DNA of 64,000 nucleotides from Bilabrum cf. latius (Eukaryota): NCBI GenBank assembly GCA_965178125.1, contig OZ237743.1, positions 434,001 to 498,000 of the forward strand, read 5' to 3'. Shown piece by piece: positions 48,267 to 61,123 of this stretch (position 1 is its first letter; each line of letters starts with the position of its first letter). The notes under the pieces were generated by a model. It saw only the letters and a program-made list of their open reading frames with translations, ran no database searches and was not told where the DNA came from. The position numbers and the translations under genes were made by a program.

Positions 48267-51056
48267 ATGGAGATCTAGACCACCCCGAGCACGGACTCCT
48301 CTCTGTATGCGGACCCACGAGCGGCCCTGGTGACAGCCTGAATCCTCTGAGCCATCCTTTCGACAACTGCTAAGCCCCACCCAATGACGGATGCACGCCG
48401 CTCGGGTGTCGATAGGCACAGTCTGCTCCAGCACGACCCACTACCAGCAGGTAGCTCCAACTGATGGCCTTCGGCAGCGTCGGTCTCACCTTCGCTGAAT
48501 ATCGCGATTGGAACCACAATGGACTGAGTACCCCTAGCTGCTTCAGTTGCCACCACAGTGCCGTGGCTGTCGCGTTTGTCTCTTGGCGTATACGCCTTGT
48601 TCTCTCGGCCCGGTGTGTTCCAGAGTAGTCCCTCAACATCTGGCTGCCTCATGGCTGCACCTCGTGCTACTCGACTCGTGGACCCTGGTACCACGTGGCC
48701 GCCCGCAATCGCGAAGATCTCTTCCTCCAGTCCAGTGAAGTCTCGGTTCAGCTGGAATTCATCATAGGAGTACACGACCGCCGTATCCAGCACAAAAATC
48801 ACCTAATTCAGCGCAAGTAGGCTTGAAGTAATGGGGAACTCGGTGGTTTCCTCACGAACGGCTTCGGATGCACGCCACAGCGGACTCATCAAGGGCTGGC
48901 CAGCTGCGCTGTGGGATGCACCTGCTGCAGTACGAGAATCGTGGGCAGGGTCAGCACCACCGGGTGCAGTGCCACCGACTCTACCTTCAGTACCAGCCGC
49001 CACAGACGATCCTATCCCAGCGGTCCGTCCACCCGTCAGTGGACTAACCTATCTATGCACGCCATCAAGCAATGGAACACTCCCAGCCTTCGATGATGTC
49101 GCTGTCTGAATCAGATTGGTCCCTGCCTCGCTGTCTTTGCCTACAACAGGCGTCGAGTTCGGTTCCAGCTGCGTGCTCCCGAGACCAGAGCCGCTGCTGC
49201 ACGGCGGCTCCGGTGCGGTGCCGTTTGTACTCTCGGTCCCACCGGAGCATACACAGCCAGAGCACGACTCCTCGCTGCCGCGCAGACCTGCCAGCTTCAC
49301 GGGGTGGTCAGGGTAGTGCGCCCGCACCAGCCCGCTCTTCACGATGAGTGCCTGCACCGTGGATCCCACACACGCTGCCATGCCGATGGACGACGGCTGA
49401 GGGATGAAGGCCCCGCTAGACATGCTGGCCTTGCCCAGCTGCTGGATGCCGCGCAGCACCTCTATCACGGCGCCAAGGTCAGCTACAGCCGGCTTGGGGG
49501 ACGCGAGCTGGAAGGCGAGCTTGCGCCATGCGGTGTGGGCGAAGCTCCGGGGAGCTCCATGCTGGTCGTTGCGATCCGGCCCGGGCGCGTAGCCGTTGAT
49601 GTCAAGGTGCTGGATGTACTGCAGCCCGCCGTCCTGGGTCTCTGTGCCTCGGGCCAGTCGGTCGAGGTGGGCGGCGGCAGTTGCGAGGGCGGTCCTCTTG
49701 GCCTCTGCTGCCACGAGGCCCCACACCATCTCGGTGTCCGGGTGGCGGCTGCTGCTTGTCGCGAATGCCGAGGACTGCAGAGCAGCCTGCACCTGGCACA
49801 GGGGCTTGAGGACAGGGGCGGCGTTGCCCGGCAGGCTGGTCATGGCAGCGAGCTTGCGGGCGCATCCAGCCGCGAAGCTCTGCAGGCCCAGCAGGTGAGC
49901 GGATGCACCGCTCGAGATGGCGGCGCTGTCAGTATGCTTGATCACAATGATGCCAGGAGCATCTGCGCGCTGCAGCTCATGTAACGCTTCGATCAGCCCG
50001 CTCGCGGCGTCATGCATGGCCTTGCCGACCTCTCTCGGGTCCATGTCCGTGACGAAGTCGACGAAGCGCTCCGCCGACAGCTCCTGTCTTTGATCCATCC
50101 AGTACATCATGTGCTTGCATTGATCATGCGCAGGCTGAGAGTCTGGCGCTGGAGGCGGATCGTGCTTGGATTTCCCCATTGTGAGAGGCTGCTGATTGTG
50201 GGTTCGCGCGGCGTTGGGGCCCGCATCATCTGCGATGAGAGCGAAGTCGGCACAAGCATACGATGGATTACTTCATATGATCAGCGAGCTAGCGAAGGAA
50301 GCCAATAATCTCTCACTGGCGTCTGACGGCATTGTGTCGAGCTTGGGATCAATAACCGACGGAGACTTCTTGAGCTCGGTTGTCCGAGTCCTGCGGCGCA
50401 CTCGGTGGGCTCTCGATGGCGAGTCACCCAGAGCTAATGGCAACAGCACTGTGAGCAGACAAAGCGATGCCAGCGTGCGCATGGTAGCTGGAAATGAGTG
50501 GTTCTACCGGTCGCAAGCGTGATGCGTAGCGACCAACTCGGAATATTGCACCTTGACCGGAATGGCGTGCATGGCGCCATGAATATCGGATGATAAGCTT
50601 TTGGTTGTAATCATGGTCTATGCACATTTTGCAGAAGTGCACGCATGGAGCCGAGGCATGCATGAGACCTGGGTGGAGGTGAATTCAGATACAAACGCGA
50701 AGATGCGATATATTGGGGAACGCTTGGGCTACCTGTCCTTCTTCATGGTACATTGGCAATCTGTGTTTGTTCTATATGTGCTTGTTCGAGTGTCGGTAAG
50801 AGCGAGCAGGCGCTATCACTGATTGCTCGAAGTCTGACCGGGACCTAAGCTACTGGCAGGAGCAAGTGGGCCCGAAGATCTGCAGCCATGACAAGTGTTG
50901 GGGGATTGTATTGTATTAAGCCGATGTGACCGATTGTACCGTGGTCCTCCAGCCAGTCGTACTAGTGTCCACTCTATTGATACCCTCACGAGAACTTGGG
51001 CTGCTGCTTGCAGGATATGCACAATGCCAGCTGCGCGCCTGGTATCAGCGAACGCA

Positions 51057-54000
51057 TCAAGCCGCCATCCTTGCACACGCAAGCCGGACCGCAGCACGGT
51101 CCCCCACCCGCTTCAGCCCAAGAGCCTCCACCAACTCGCCATCCGTCGTGGCAGCCAGCTCCCATACAGACCTCACATGCTGCTGCCGACACCGTGCTGC
51201 GGCATCCGCAAGCCCAAGCGCCTCCAGGAGATCGCAGGCAGACCCAGAGGGCATGCCAGCAGTAGCCCCAGCAGGCGCATGCTCATGCTTCTACCCGTCG
51301 CCCTTGCCTATGCCCTTGCTCTTGCCCTTGTCCTTGCCCTTACCTATGCCCTTGCCCTTGCCCTTACCTATGCCCTTGCCCTTGCCCTTGCCCTTGCCCT
51401 TGCCCATATGCTGGCTCTCGCCCGGCCCCTTGTCTCGATCCTCCGCGCTTTCCCCTCCAGCCGATCCTGACCCCTACGACCTGTCCGGCTTGCACAGAGA
51501 CTCGACGGCCTTGTCCACCAGTGATAGGCCCGATAGGGACTCGCAGGCAGCGTGGCGGGAATCCAGGAGCCACCACTGCAGCTGCCGAATCGACATGCCA
51601 AGGACAAGGGGCGACGAGGAAGAGACAGGGGCTGCACCCGTCCCACTGCCACCACCAGCACCTACACCTGAAGAGGCGCCTTCGCTGCATCCATCATGCC
51701 CTGCAAGTGCCTCGCGAATCCCATGTGCAAGCGCTCTCGCTTCCTGACCCGCCATGCCACCGCCACCCGGCACTGCCTCGGGCATGGCAAACACAACCAC
51801 CGCCGATGCCAGTCGCAGCACGTCGTCGCGAGAGGCGCCGCACAGGAGCTGTCCCAGCGGAACCATCTCCAGCAGTCCCGCGGCCGTGCCATCTGCCACC
51901 GACTGCAGCACGCTCGTGTCAGCGTCGATGGCAAGCGACAGATCCTTGCGCAGAGGCGAGGCCGCCGGGCTCATCGCGATCAATCGAGTGTGCTTGGCCT
52001 GCTTGATTGCCGCAGCCGTGAAGCCATCGCTGTTCCCCCCAGCATCCACGGCGCTGTCTGCCTGCAGGAGCAGACGGGAGGACGGCGGCGTGCTTCCCAT
52101 CGCAGCCGAAGCACCGCTGCCTGCCACCAGCCGGAGAGAAACGTCGCGCAGGACGTGTGTTCCCACCCCACACAGGTCCACAGCCGCCCATCGCATGCTG
52201 CTGGTGACCTGATCATCGAGCTCGTCCGACTGCCAGTATTCGCTCCTGCCAGACGCAGCACTGGCCATGAGACCATACCCAGCACCAAGGACTCGAGCAG
52301 CTGCAACGGCAAGCGACAACCCGCCGCTGGTCCAACCTGTGCCTGCTGCATAGCTTCGATGCATGCTGGCTGCCAATCCACTCGTTTCCGACCGACACAC
52401 GGCGAGGCTCTCCAGCACTCCAAGGACCTGTCCGCGGGTGATGATGCAAGGCCTATGCTGGGACGAGCCAGAGTCGGGATGCACCCTGGGCCATGCACCC
52501 TGCAGCACGCGAGCAACGCAAGTCTCCCACTCGTCGCCACCGCCCGTCTGTGACTTGTAACCTGTTGCGGCGGCTAAGATCCGAGAAACCTCCTGCCAGC
52601 TCGCCACTGCCCCGCACAGCCAAGCAGTCTCGTCGCTCCCGCCGCCGCACGCAGCCATGAGAATCCCCTGCTCGTGCTTCAGTTTGGTCCACTCGTCCAT
52701 TGAAGCTACCTCTCCGCTGTACATGCCCCCGGCATCAAAGCCGAGGGCCACCCCGCTTGCCGCCTCGGTGCTGCTAGAGGCACTGGAGGCACCCAAGACG
52801 GACCTGCGGAGGTGTGCGCACGTTCGCACGCCTGCCTTGTTTGCCTCCCCAGCAAGCCGCCCCAGCCCCAGCCTCGCCAAGGCAGCGGCCGCGGGTGACT
52901 CCTCCAGCAAGTCGGGCAGTCTCTCTGATTGGCACAGTCCGGAGGAAGGGCGCAGCAGCCGCGCCATGCTGGCCGTGCTGGCTGTCTGCACGCCTGCAAC
53001 CGTGTCGCTTACCTCTAGGCGGACTGCCAATGGCAAGCCATAGAGGTCGCCAGACGCCGCAGCGCGCGCGAGCAGCCGCAGCATCTGCGCCAGGCTCAGC
53101 GCCCCCGCCTCGCCAACAGTGGCCGGCAGCTCGGCGGCCACGTCTTCTGCGAGGCGCCTGAGCTCCGGCTAGGACGCGTCTGCAGGCGCATTGGAAGCAG
53201 CCACGGAGGAATTGCGTCCGGATGATACGCGTGCGGTGCTGGCAGCTCTACGCCCCGAGCCGATCCCCCCTTCCTACTCGCCGAAGCAAGCCAGCACCAG
53301 GGCTTCGGCCCGGGCCCGGTCTAGCAGAGTGAAACGCATCCTGGCAAACTCCTCTCCCTTCATCATCCCCTGCAGCAGTCTCTGGTGGTAGGGTCGGCGA
53401 ATTCCCAGGGCCTTTAGCTCTTTCTTGTCGGATACGACGCCCTTGATGTGCTCGACAGTGTGCAGCCGTGCCGCTTCAAAGGCCTTGGCGTACTCCGGCA
53501 TACCCAGCCTCCTCAGGAAGACGGGGAGGGCCAGGGTGCCTGCGTGTTCCTGCGCCTGGGATGTCGCTAGCACCTTGATGTCTTGTATGGCCAGGTCAGG
53601 CCTGCCCCTGCGCTCGAGGAAAAAGCCCTGGAGCTTGGCCATGCTGACCGTCCCGTGCGGCAGCAGGGACACAAAGGAGGCCGAGATGCCACGCGTTAGG
53701 GCTGGCATCATGCCGCCTTCTGCAATGGCAGGCGGTGCCATGGCCTAGCCATCGCCTCCCAGCTGCTGCTGCTGACCCATGCCCTGGGCGTCTGCTTCCG
53801 GGAAGAAACGCCGGAACATCCTGCGGATCTGCAGGGGGGAAGCGTGTGGAATCTCCTGCACCACGTCGCAGCGGCCCGGCCGGATGAGAGCAGGGTCCAG
53901 CTTTTCCATGTGGTTGGTAGTCATGATCGTGATGCGCCCTTGCTGGGAGGCCACCCCATCCAGCGCGTTCAGGAGGCCAGAGAATGTCACTCCGCGCCGC

Positions 54001-55325
54001 CCGCCCCTGACTCCGCCACCACCGCCGCCACCACCACCCTGCGCCGTCCAGCCGCCCCCGCTCCCTCCTGCCGAGACCTTGTCGCGTCCCACGAATAGCC
54101 CGTCCACGTCTTCAAACAGCAGCATGGAGCCCGGCGGTGAGAATGCCAAGGCCTCCCTGAGCTGCTCATCATCTAGTGAAGCGTCGCTAAGGTTCACCAG
54201 GCACACGTCCATCTTGAGCTCGCCTGCCAGAGCGAGGCAAAAGCTCGACTTGCCCGTCCCAGGGGGGCCGTGCAGGAGGTAGCCCCGGCGGTACGGAATG
54301 CCCCGATCCGCGTACCACCGCGCCGATCGTAGGAAGAGCCGTGCGTCGCTGACCAGCCTGTCTGCCACACCGTCGGGAAGCACCACCGAGCTGAGAGGGC
54401 GCGGGATCCTGCGGGAGGACACGGTCCAGCCCCACCACGTGGACGTCATGATGCGCGTGTATCCCTTGTTCACGCCGATCTGCTCCTCCTGGCACTTGTC
54501 CACGAACCCCCGCAGTGCCCTCGCCCCGTGGGCAGGATCCAGGGCCATGGCAGTGAGCGAGAGCGACTTGAGGTCCCTTGACTGCTTGCTCCAGCCTACT
54601 TTCAGCGTCCCCTGTGACGTGAGCGTGGCAAAAATTGTGGTTCCATCGATCACGGCCCTCGTGGATCCCACCTCCGGCCGCATCCTGACCTGATCCGGTG
54701 GCAGTAGGGCGCTGCTGGGCGGCTGGTACGCGCTGTTCAAACGCCGGTGCTTGGCGTGCTGCTAGCGAATGAGCCGAGCCAAAGCGGCATCGGTGGTTGA
54801 TTGCATGATATCTTGCTTCAACACGTCGTTCGCTGCGCTAGAGCCTTCCGGCTTGCCTTCTTTCTGCTTATTCTCGACGAGGTCCACCGTGCGATCTGAC
54901 GTTGTTCGCGCTCCAGTTTGAAGATTGAAATGCAGCGGGCGCACTTGTCGCGCTAGGTACGATAAGACGGCATTGTAAGTAAACGAATCTGTCTGAACTT
55001 CCAGCGTTGCAACCATGCGATCCTGAATGCCCTAGATGGTGACCTGTATGGTGTACGCCAAACTTGCGCTCGCAGCCATGTCCATCGACGAGACCAGCAT
55101 GGATCCCATGCTGGATGAGTGCAAAACCGAGTCTCGCAGATCCATGACGAACGAGAGACAGGCGAGGACAAGATTACGAGCTTGCCCGAATAAGCCGATC
55201 ACGGTATCCTACTTCGCTGGTTCATCCTCCAGATTCGACTACCCGAGGCTATTCTTACAAAGCAGGACAAGGCAAACGACTGTAATCAATAGAAATACTG
55301 ATCGAATCTAGGGGTGGCGCACCAT
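51057..55325 (-). CDS. BCS1: BCS1-like AAA+ ATPase with a long C-terminal extension carrying SAM-like domains, ~1422 aa (TAG=Gln)
   Basis: Five ORF-track pieces in one frame separated by TAG. RPLSSVVL, WYADRGIPYRRGYLLHGPPGTGKSS, LLFEDVD, VTFSGLLNALDGV, TTNHMEKLDPALIRPGRCD. SAM-like FLRRLGMPEYAKAFE...ELKALGI and a second SAM-like C-terminus. Start codon tentative. Confidence 0.82.
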
Positions 55326-55447
55326 CGAGCCATATATTGCCCTGTTCTTGCCGCAGAATCAAACCAGTACTTTGTAAGGTGTAGTTTGAGGACGATTCTG
55401 AATTATGCTAAAATCGAGGAAAGGCAACTGTACACAAACCATCTGCC

Positions 55448-57411
55448 ATGGCGACGGAAGGATCGCTTGGGCAGCCTCTGCTCCAAGAAGATGGTGGTAT
55501 GTACGGTGGTGGGTACGGTAAGAAGTTTCCCCGCGACTTGTATCTTGGGCTGCTGTCCAATGCTTCCATTGAATCAGCTAGAAAAAATTCCTTTCCTCCT
55601 CGAATATCGGTGCAGGCTAGTACGAATCGGAACATAAAGGTGCATCATATGGCGCAGAGTACGGTGCTCGCAGTGGTGGGATGCACCGAGGTGGTGGTCC
55701 CGCAGATCAATACGCGGACGGCCAGATGTATCCCCAAAGGGATCAGGTTGGAGCCGACGGCCGCGGCAGCGCAGGGCTTGCATTTTAGGCAGGTGTAGTA
55801 GGCGGTCCAGAAGGCGGTTTTATGGCTGCTCCGGATGGAGACGAGGAGGACGACGACGGCACCCCGACCATCTTGTTCCTGGGAGCTCGAGGCTCGGGCA
55901 AGTCTAGCATCGTGCAGGTAGTGTTTCACAAGCTCAGCCCGCACGAAACCATGTTTTTGGAATAGTCCGCGGCGGCAGATGCCCAGTTGGTAGACCACAA
56001 CGCCTTGCACGCCTACGAGGTCTGGGACTTGCCGGGCGATGCTCGCCTCGACGCGCCGGTGCCGTTCGACCACGAGGAGGAGATGGAAGTGGACCCCGCG
56101 GGACTGCTGCAGCGCGCCGGCGCCGTCGTGCTCGTCGTGGACGCGCAGCACGCGGCCTCGCAGGAGTGGGCGCAATACTGCCGCATGGTCTGCCAGACGG
56201 TTGCAACCAACAGGCCAGACCTCACGCTGGATGTGATGGTACACAAGCTGGACGGCGACATGTTTCAGAGGGCAGACCAGCGCATGGACCAGCAGGGCGT
56301 CGTGCAGACAGTCGTGCAGCAGGCCATGGCAGACGCGGGGGTGCCAGACCCCGTCGTGGCCTTCCACCAGACGTCAGTGTACAACCACTCTGTTTTCGAA
56401 GCAGTCAGCCTGATCGTGCAGAGAACAGTGCGGCCCCTAGCTACGGTGGAGGGGCTGCTGGACACTCTGGTCCAGAACTGCATGCTGGAAAAGGCCACCC
56501 TGTTCGATGTCAGCACCAAGCTGCAGCTAGCCACGGACCCGGCTCCCGCCGCGGAGGGTCTTGCGGAGCTGAGCGCTGACCTGCTGGACACCGTGGTGGA
56601 CATTGGGCTCATCTACGGCAAGGATCCGAGCAAGGGCCCGTCGAGCGGGCTGGATCCGGTGGCCGGGGGCGGGGCGGGCGTTCTCGAGGGCGAGGAGGAG
56701 GACGAGGAGGAGGAGGATGACGACGGTGCCTTCGACCGACTCACCTCTGCCACCGTCCGTCTGAGGGAGGGCCGCACGGTCAGCATCTGGGAGGTCGGGC
56801 CCCAGATGGCACTGGTCGCGATCTCCTCGGACCTCTCTGCGACGAAGAGGAAGGGCCTTATCGACTGCAACGTGGAGTCCTTCCGACTCGCCCTCCACAG
56901 GGCGTTCGAGCCTCCCAGCGAGGCGCGGGCGAGGGGGGAGGCGGATGGGGCGCAGGGGCGCGGGATGGGTGCGGCGGGGGGTGCGGGGCAAGGAGTGCCG
57001 TTTCCCCCTGGGAGCGCCGGGTCCGCGGCGGGCTTCTCGGATCGGGACTCTGCAGTGACCGGACCGCGGGGCATGGGGGCTGGTGGCCGGGCGGGGCGGG
57101 GCGCGAGCCGAGGCGGCTCGCTTGCGATCTCTCCTGCGGATGCTTTGGGTGCGCTGCCGCTGGCTTCCATGCCCCGGGACTCGCCTGGGAGGGGCGTCGG
57201 TGCGGTCGGGAGGGGTGGGACCGGCCGCGCGGTGGATGTGAGCGGGGGCGGCATGGCTGAGGGGAGTTATGAAGCTTCGCCTGCGTCTTATTAGCACGTT
57301 GGATCTCTTAGGAAAGTTGTGGCGTTCGGCCCGAGTGGCGGGGGCGCTGATCCTGGGGGTGTGCAGAGCTACGTCGGCAGCGGGACAGGGCTAGGTGGCT
57401 CGATATAGTAA
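55448..57411 (+). CDS. RRAGC: Rag C/D (Gtr2-like) small GTPase; intron 55518-55615; TAG=Gln
   Basis: [31 protein letters not shown][TAG][24 protein letters not shown]. The P-loop is in frame with the rest of the domain across a TAG. Stop TAA57409-57411. Confidence 0.88.
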
Positions 57412-57821
57412 TGAAGCCTCGCTTGTGCTGTGAATAGCTCGATGCGATTTTGCCAATTCGCAACTCATCTACCGGTTCGCGTATAGGCGTGTGCTGTCGC
57501 CATGGACTGCACGTATCCTATCCGGATTTTTCGTATCCGCCCCCGCAATAGGAAACCCCGCACTACAAAATAAACCAGAGTTTTGAACGGGGTCATGCAG
57601 TTCACACATTCTCACCGGACGCACCGGCTCAGATACGACTGTCTCTGCCAGTGGATGTAAGAGATGTTTTGTTTGACTGCTTGAAGTAGCCAGTAGAGTA
57701 CTAGCGGTCATTTGGGACTGCTTGTTCGACGAGATGTTGTGTGTACCGTGCACGAGCGTTCTGTATTCGGGAGCCACCAACCGACAACATTTCTGCCCTA
57801 GACAGCGTGCATCGCAGACTA

Positions 57822-60800
57822 ATGAGAGTTGTGGCTGGTGTATTTCTAGCCATTGCAGCGACTGGGTTTGTCCAGAGTCACAGCCATGGGCATTCCCCTG
57901 ATCACGTGTGCGGTCATGATGCCGACGTCGCAGTTCAGCGATAGTTGCTCAAGCTGGAAGGAAGGGAGGGCGACGAGCTTGTCCCGAGGGGGTTTCTGAA
58001 TCCCGACGTGCACCCTCCGCATCCGACGGGGGCCCGTGCGCTGTAGGAGTAGCAATGGCGGCCGCTTCGAATTCACGTCGAGTACAAGGACCTGTCAGCA
58101 CTTACCGCTGCGCAGCAAACGTACTTGAAGGACGAGATTGTCTAGCCCATGGTTGACTACGCGGGGAGAATGCTTCGGGTCCGTCAGCGTCAGAACGACG
58201 ATCGCCTCTTCATCGGGAGGGAGTGCTCGAACTACCTGTACCTGGGAGACGAGCAGCGATGCAAGTCGCTGCGCTCTACCGCTGGTCGATGCGGAGGCGA
58301 GACCATCCCTGAGAAGTACTATGGCACCGTTTCTACGTGGGAGCGTACCGACGGGCAGTGGATCGAAACTGTGCACCAAGGGGGCGACGGTGTGCCCGGC
58401 GACTTCCTGCTCATCGTCCGGGCCCAGGCGGGCTCCCCTTGCGGCCTGGGGGCGCTGGCGTATGCATCCAGCTGCACTCGAGATGACATCGATCGTCCGA
58501 TCGCAGGCCGGTACAACCACTGCCCCGACGCCATCGATACGAGCCCGGAGAAGAAGCACGAGACCTAGATCACGGCCCTCCACGAGATGATGTAAGAGAC
58601 TACTCGTTTGAGCCTCAGCCTCCGCCTGTGTCTGTGTCTGTGTCTGTGTCTGTCATCGCAAGCTAGCGAGTGCCGCACCTTGCCCCGTGCCTATCGAGCT
58701 AAGCCAGCCGCACCAAGTGTGTGCCTCGCCACTCTCGCTGTGCCCTCGGCACGCGCCTGCCCTACAATCCTCCACCGCCAGCACTCCGTAAACCCCCCTC
58801 CCCAAACACATCTCGCAGGCATGCTCTCATGTTCGCCGAGGACAACTTCAAGTGGTTCCGGAACCCCGACACGCTGGATCCCATCTTCCCCGTGGACGAG
58901 ACCACCGGCAAGCACCCGACCATCACCACGGAGGGCTGCGGAATCTCCAAGCAGGTCAAGTTCCCGTCCTCCATGATCGAGTTCTCGGGGGAGAGGGGCC
59001 AGCCCTCCTGCCCGGACATCGAGACGGCCGCCTCCATCGGCCCCTACAAGTGCACCCAGCGCATGGTACTGCCCAAGGTCAAGGACGAGGCCCGCAAGTG
59101 GTTCGCGTGCAACGAAATCAACGGACCCGAGCTCGAGAACCAAGACGGGTCGTGCCAGCTGGCAGGCTCCCATTGGGACCAGCGCAGCATGCACGCCGAT
59201 CTCATGACGCCGAGGGTCAGTGCCTCTGGCATGGTGACACCCATGACTTTGGCCCTCTTCGAGGACTCTGGCTGGTTCTAGGCCAATTACGACGCCATCG
59301 GGACCTTCAACCCTGGCAGGGAGTGGGGCCACCTCGCGGGCTGCGACCTCTTCGACAAGCGGGGCATCTATGGAGCCGACCCCGCCGAGCCTTTCTCGAA
59401 CCTGTAGATCGTCAAGACTGCGGCGCCGTTGCGGAACCAGGAGGAGTTCTTCTGCCTTCGGGGTGGCACCACCAACTACTGCAGCATGGACCTGAGGGCG
59501 ACGGGCCAGTGCCAGGTGAGCGACTTCAACACCAGGGACGTCGACCCGATCTACCAGTACTTCAGCAACCCGAAGAAGTACGGCCGCACGCACGAGATGG
59601 ACTTTTTGCCTCACATTTCGCACAACTTCATGTGCGAGTGGGAGAGCTCGTACGATTCCCAGGACTTTGTGTGGAATGCAGTGGGGGCCTACTTCGGCCA
59701 GGACCATGAGACTGCTTGCTTCCCCACCTCGCTGCAGCACTCTGGGCAGAGCGCGAGGAGCTCGGCCGCCTGCTACAGGTACGAGTGCGACCTGACAGAC
59801 CCCGACAGCCCCGTGCTCACTGTAAAGCCTCTCACATCGGACAGGAGCGGCGTGCAGGGCGACGTCACTTGCAGCAAGGGAGACGGAGGGGTGCTGAAGT
59901 CGGTGTCGGGCATGAGCGGAAGCATCACGTGCCACGAGCCCGAAGTTCTGTGCGGATCCACTGCCGACCCCTCGCCTACGCCTACGCCTAGCGCTTCTCC
60001 CAGTCCGACTCCTGCCGGTGGGAGCGGCGGTGGCGGCAAAGGCGACGCAAGCCCCAGCCCAGCCGCGCAGTCTGGCGGTGACAGCGGCGGCGGTGCTGGC
60101 AGCGACGCCTCGCCGTCCCCCACGCAAAGCCCCTCGCCCGCCCCGATTGCTCTGAGCACGGACGAGCTGGCCGAGGACTACTGCCCTGGCACCACGGACG
60201 CCCACACGAGCGGCGACTACCCGTCCGTGGCAGGGGCGCGAGTCTCCTTGGCTGGAGTATCCGGAGACCTCTCCTGCGATGCGGCTCCCGACCTGCAGGC
60301 TGCCTGCGCCTCTGTGCTGGACGTGGAGGCGTCCCGCGTGGCAGTCAAGGTGCCGGGTGCGAGTGGGGGCCGCAGGCTGCAGGGGGCAGGAGGCTCCCAG
60401 CAGGAGGTCACCGTGGCTGTGGCGGCTGAGAGCTCCGAGGAGGCGGCGACACTGGCGACCACGCTGACCACCAGCGTGAGCAGCGGTACCCTGGCGACCG
60501 CGCTGGCGCAGGAGAACCAGCAAGTGTTCGGGTCGGTGAGCGCGACGGTCGCACAAGGCAGCGACGCAACTTTCAGCGGATCCCTGCCCGCGCCGGAAAA
60601 TGACGGTGGAGGCAACGATGGCGACGGGGTCAGCAACCGCGGTGTTATCGCGCTAGCCATCCTCGGAAGCCTCCTGGTGGTGGGCGTAGTGGCGGTCGGT
60701 CTGTGGCACTACATGCGCACGCCCACCAGCCGAGCTACGAACGTCTCCAAGGCGGGCGGTGGCAAGGGTGACACTGAATCTGCAAAGGATGTGGACACGG

Positions 60801-60841
60801 CTGTTCCGGCCAACAAGACCGCGCCCGCGTAGAGCGTGTAA
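57822..60841 (+). CDS. LMLN: Leishmanolysin/GP63-like M8 metalloprotease, ~930 aa, with signal peptide and C-terminal TM helix; intron 58592-58818
   Basis: Pro-peptide HVCGHD. HEMMHAL is formed after splicing GTAAGA...CGCAG. ELENQDG, GSHWDQR, DLMT, TLALFEDSGWF[TAG]ANY. Stop TAA60839-60841. Confidence 0.88.
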
Positions 60842-61123
60842 TTTTGCGTTTTGAAGGCATTCCCCAAACGAAAGCATGTGTCAGCATTTGCACCTCCATG
60901 GAACACAGAGTAGTAGTTTTCAGTTTGCAAATGAGGTGGCTAAAAGCAAAATATATTCGAGTATCTAGTCAACGTCGGTCGCGCCCTGAAGGGACTCGAC
61001 GCTATGAAATACCCGGTAATCTCGTCGACTGTAGATTTCATACCTGAAGTTCACCGCTGCAGTAACGGTGAAGCTTAATTCATGCTCCCGTGATTGTGCG
61101 AGTGGCAGCTGCACCTAGGTGGG

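Larger units (their letters stand above)
45974..50482 (-). pseudogene. Secreted S8 protease, type B copy 4, disrupted by a 423-bp solo retrotransposon repeat
   Basis: Collinear with 33233-37195, with an insertion at 47844-48266 between the His and Asn motifs and an expanded (Gly-Ala)n tract. Confidence 0.8.
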
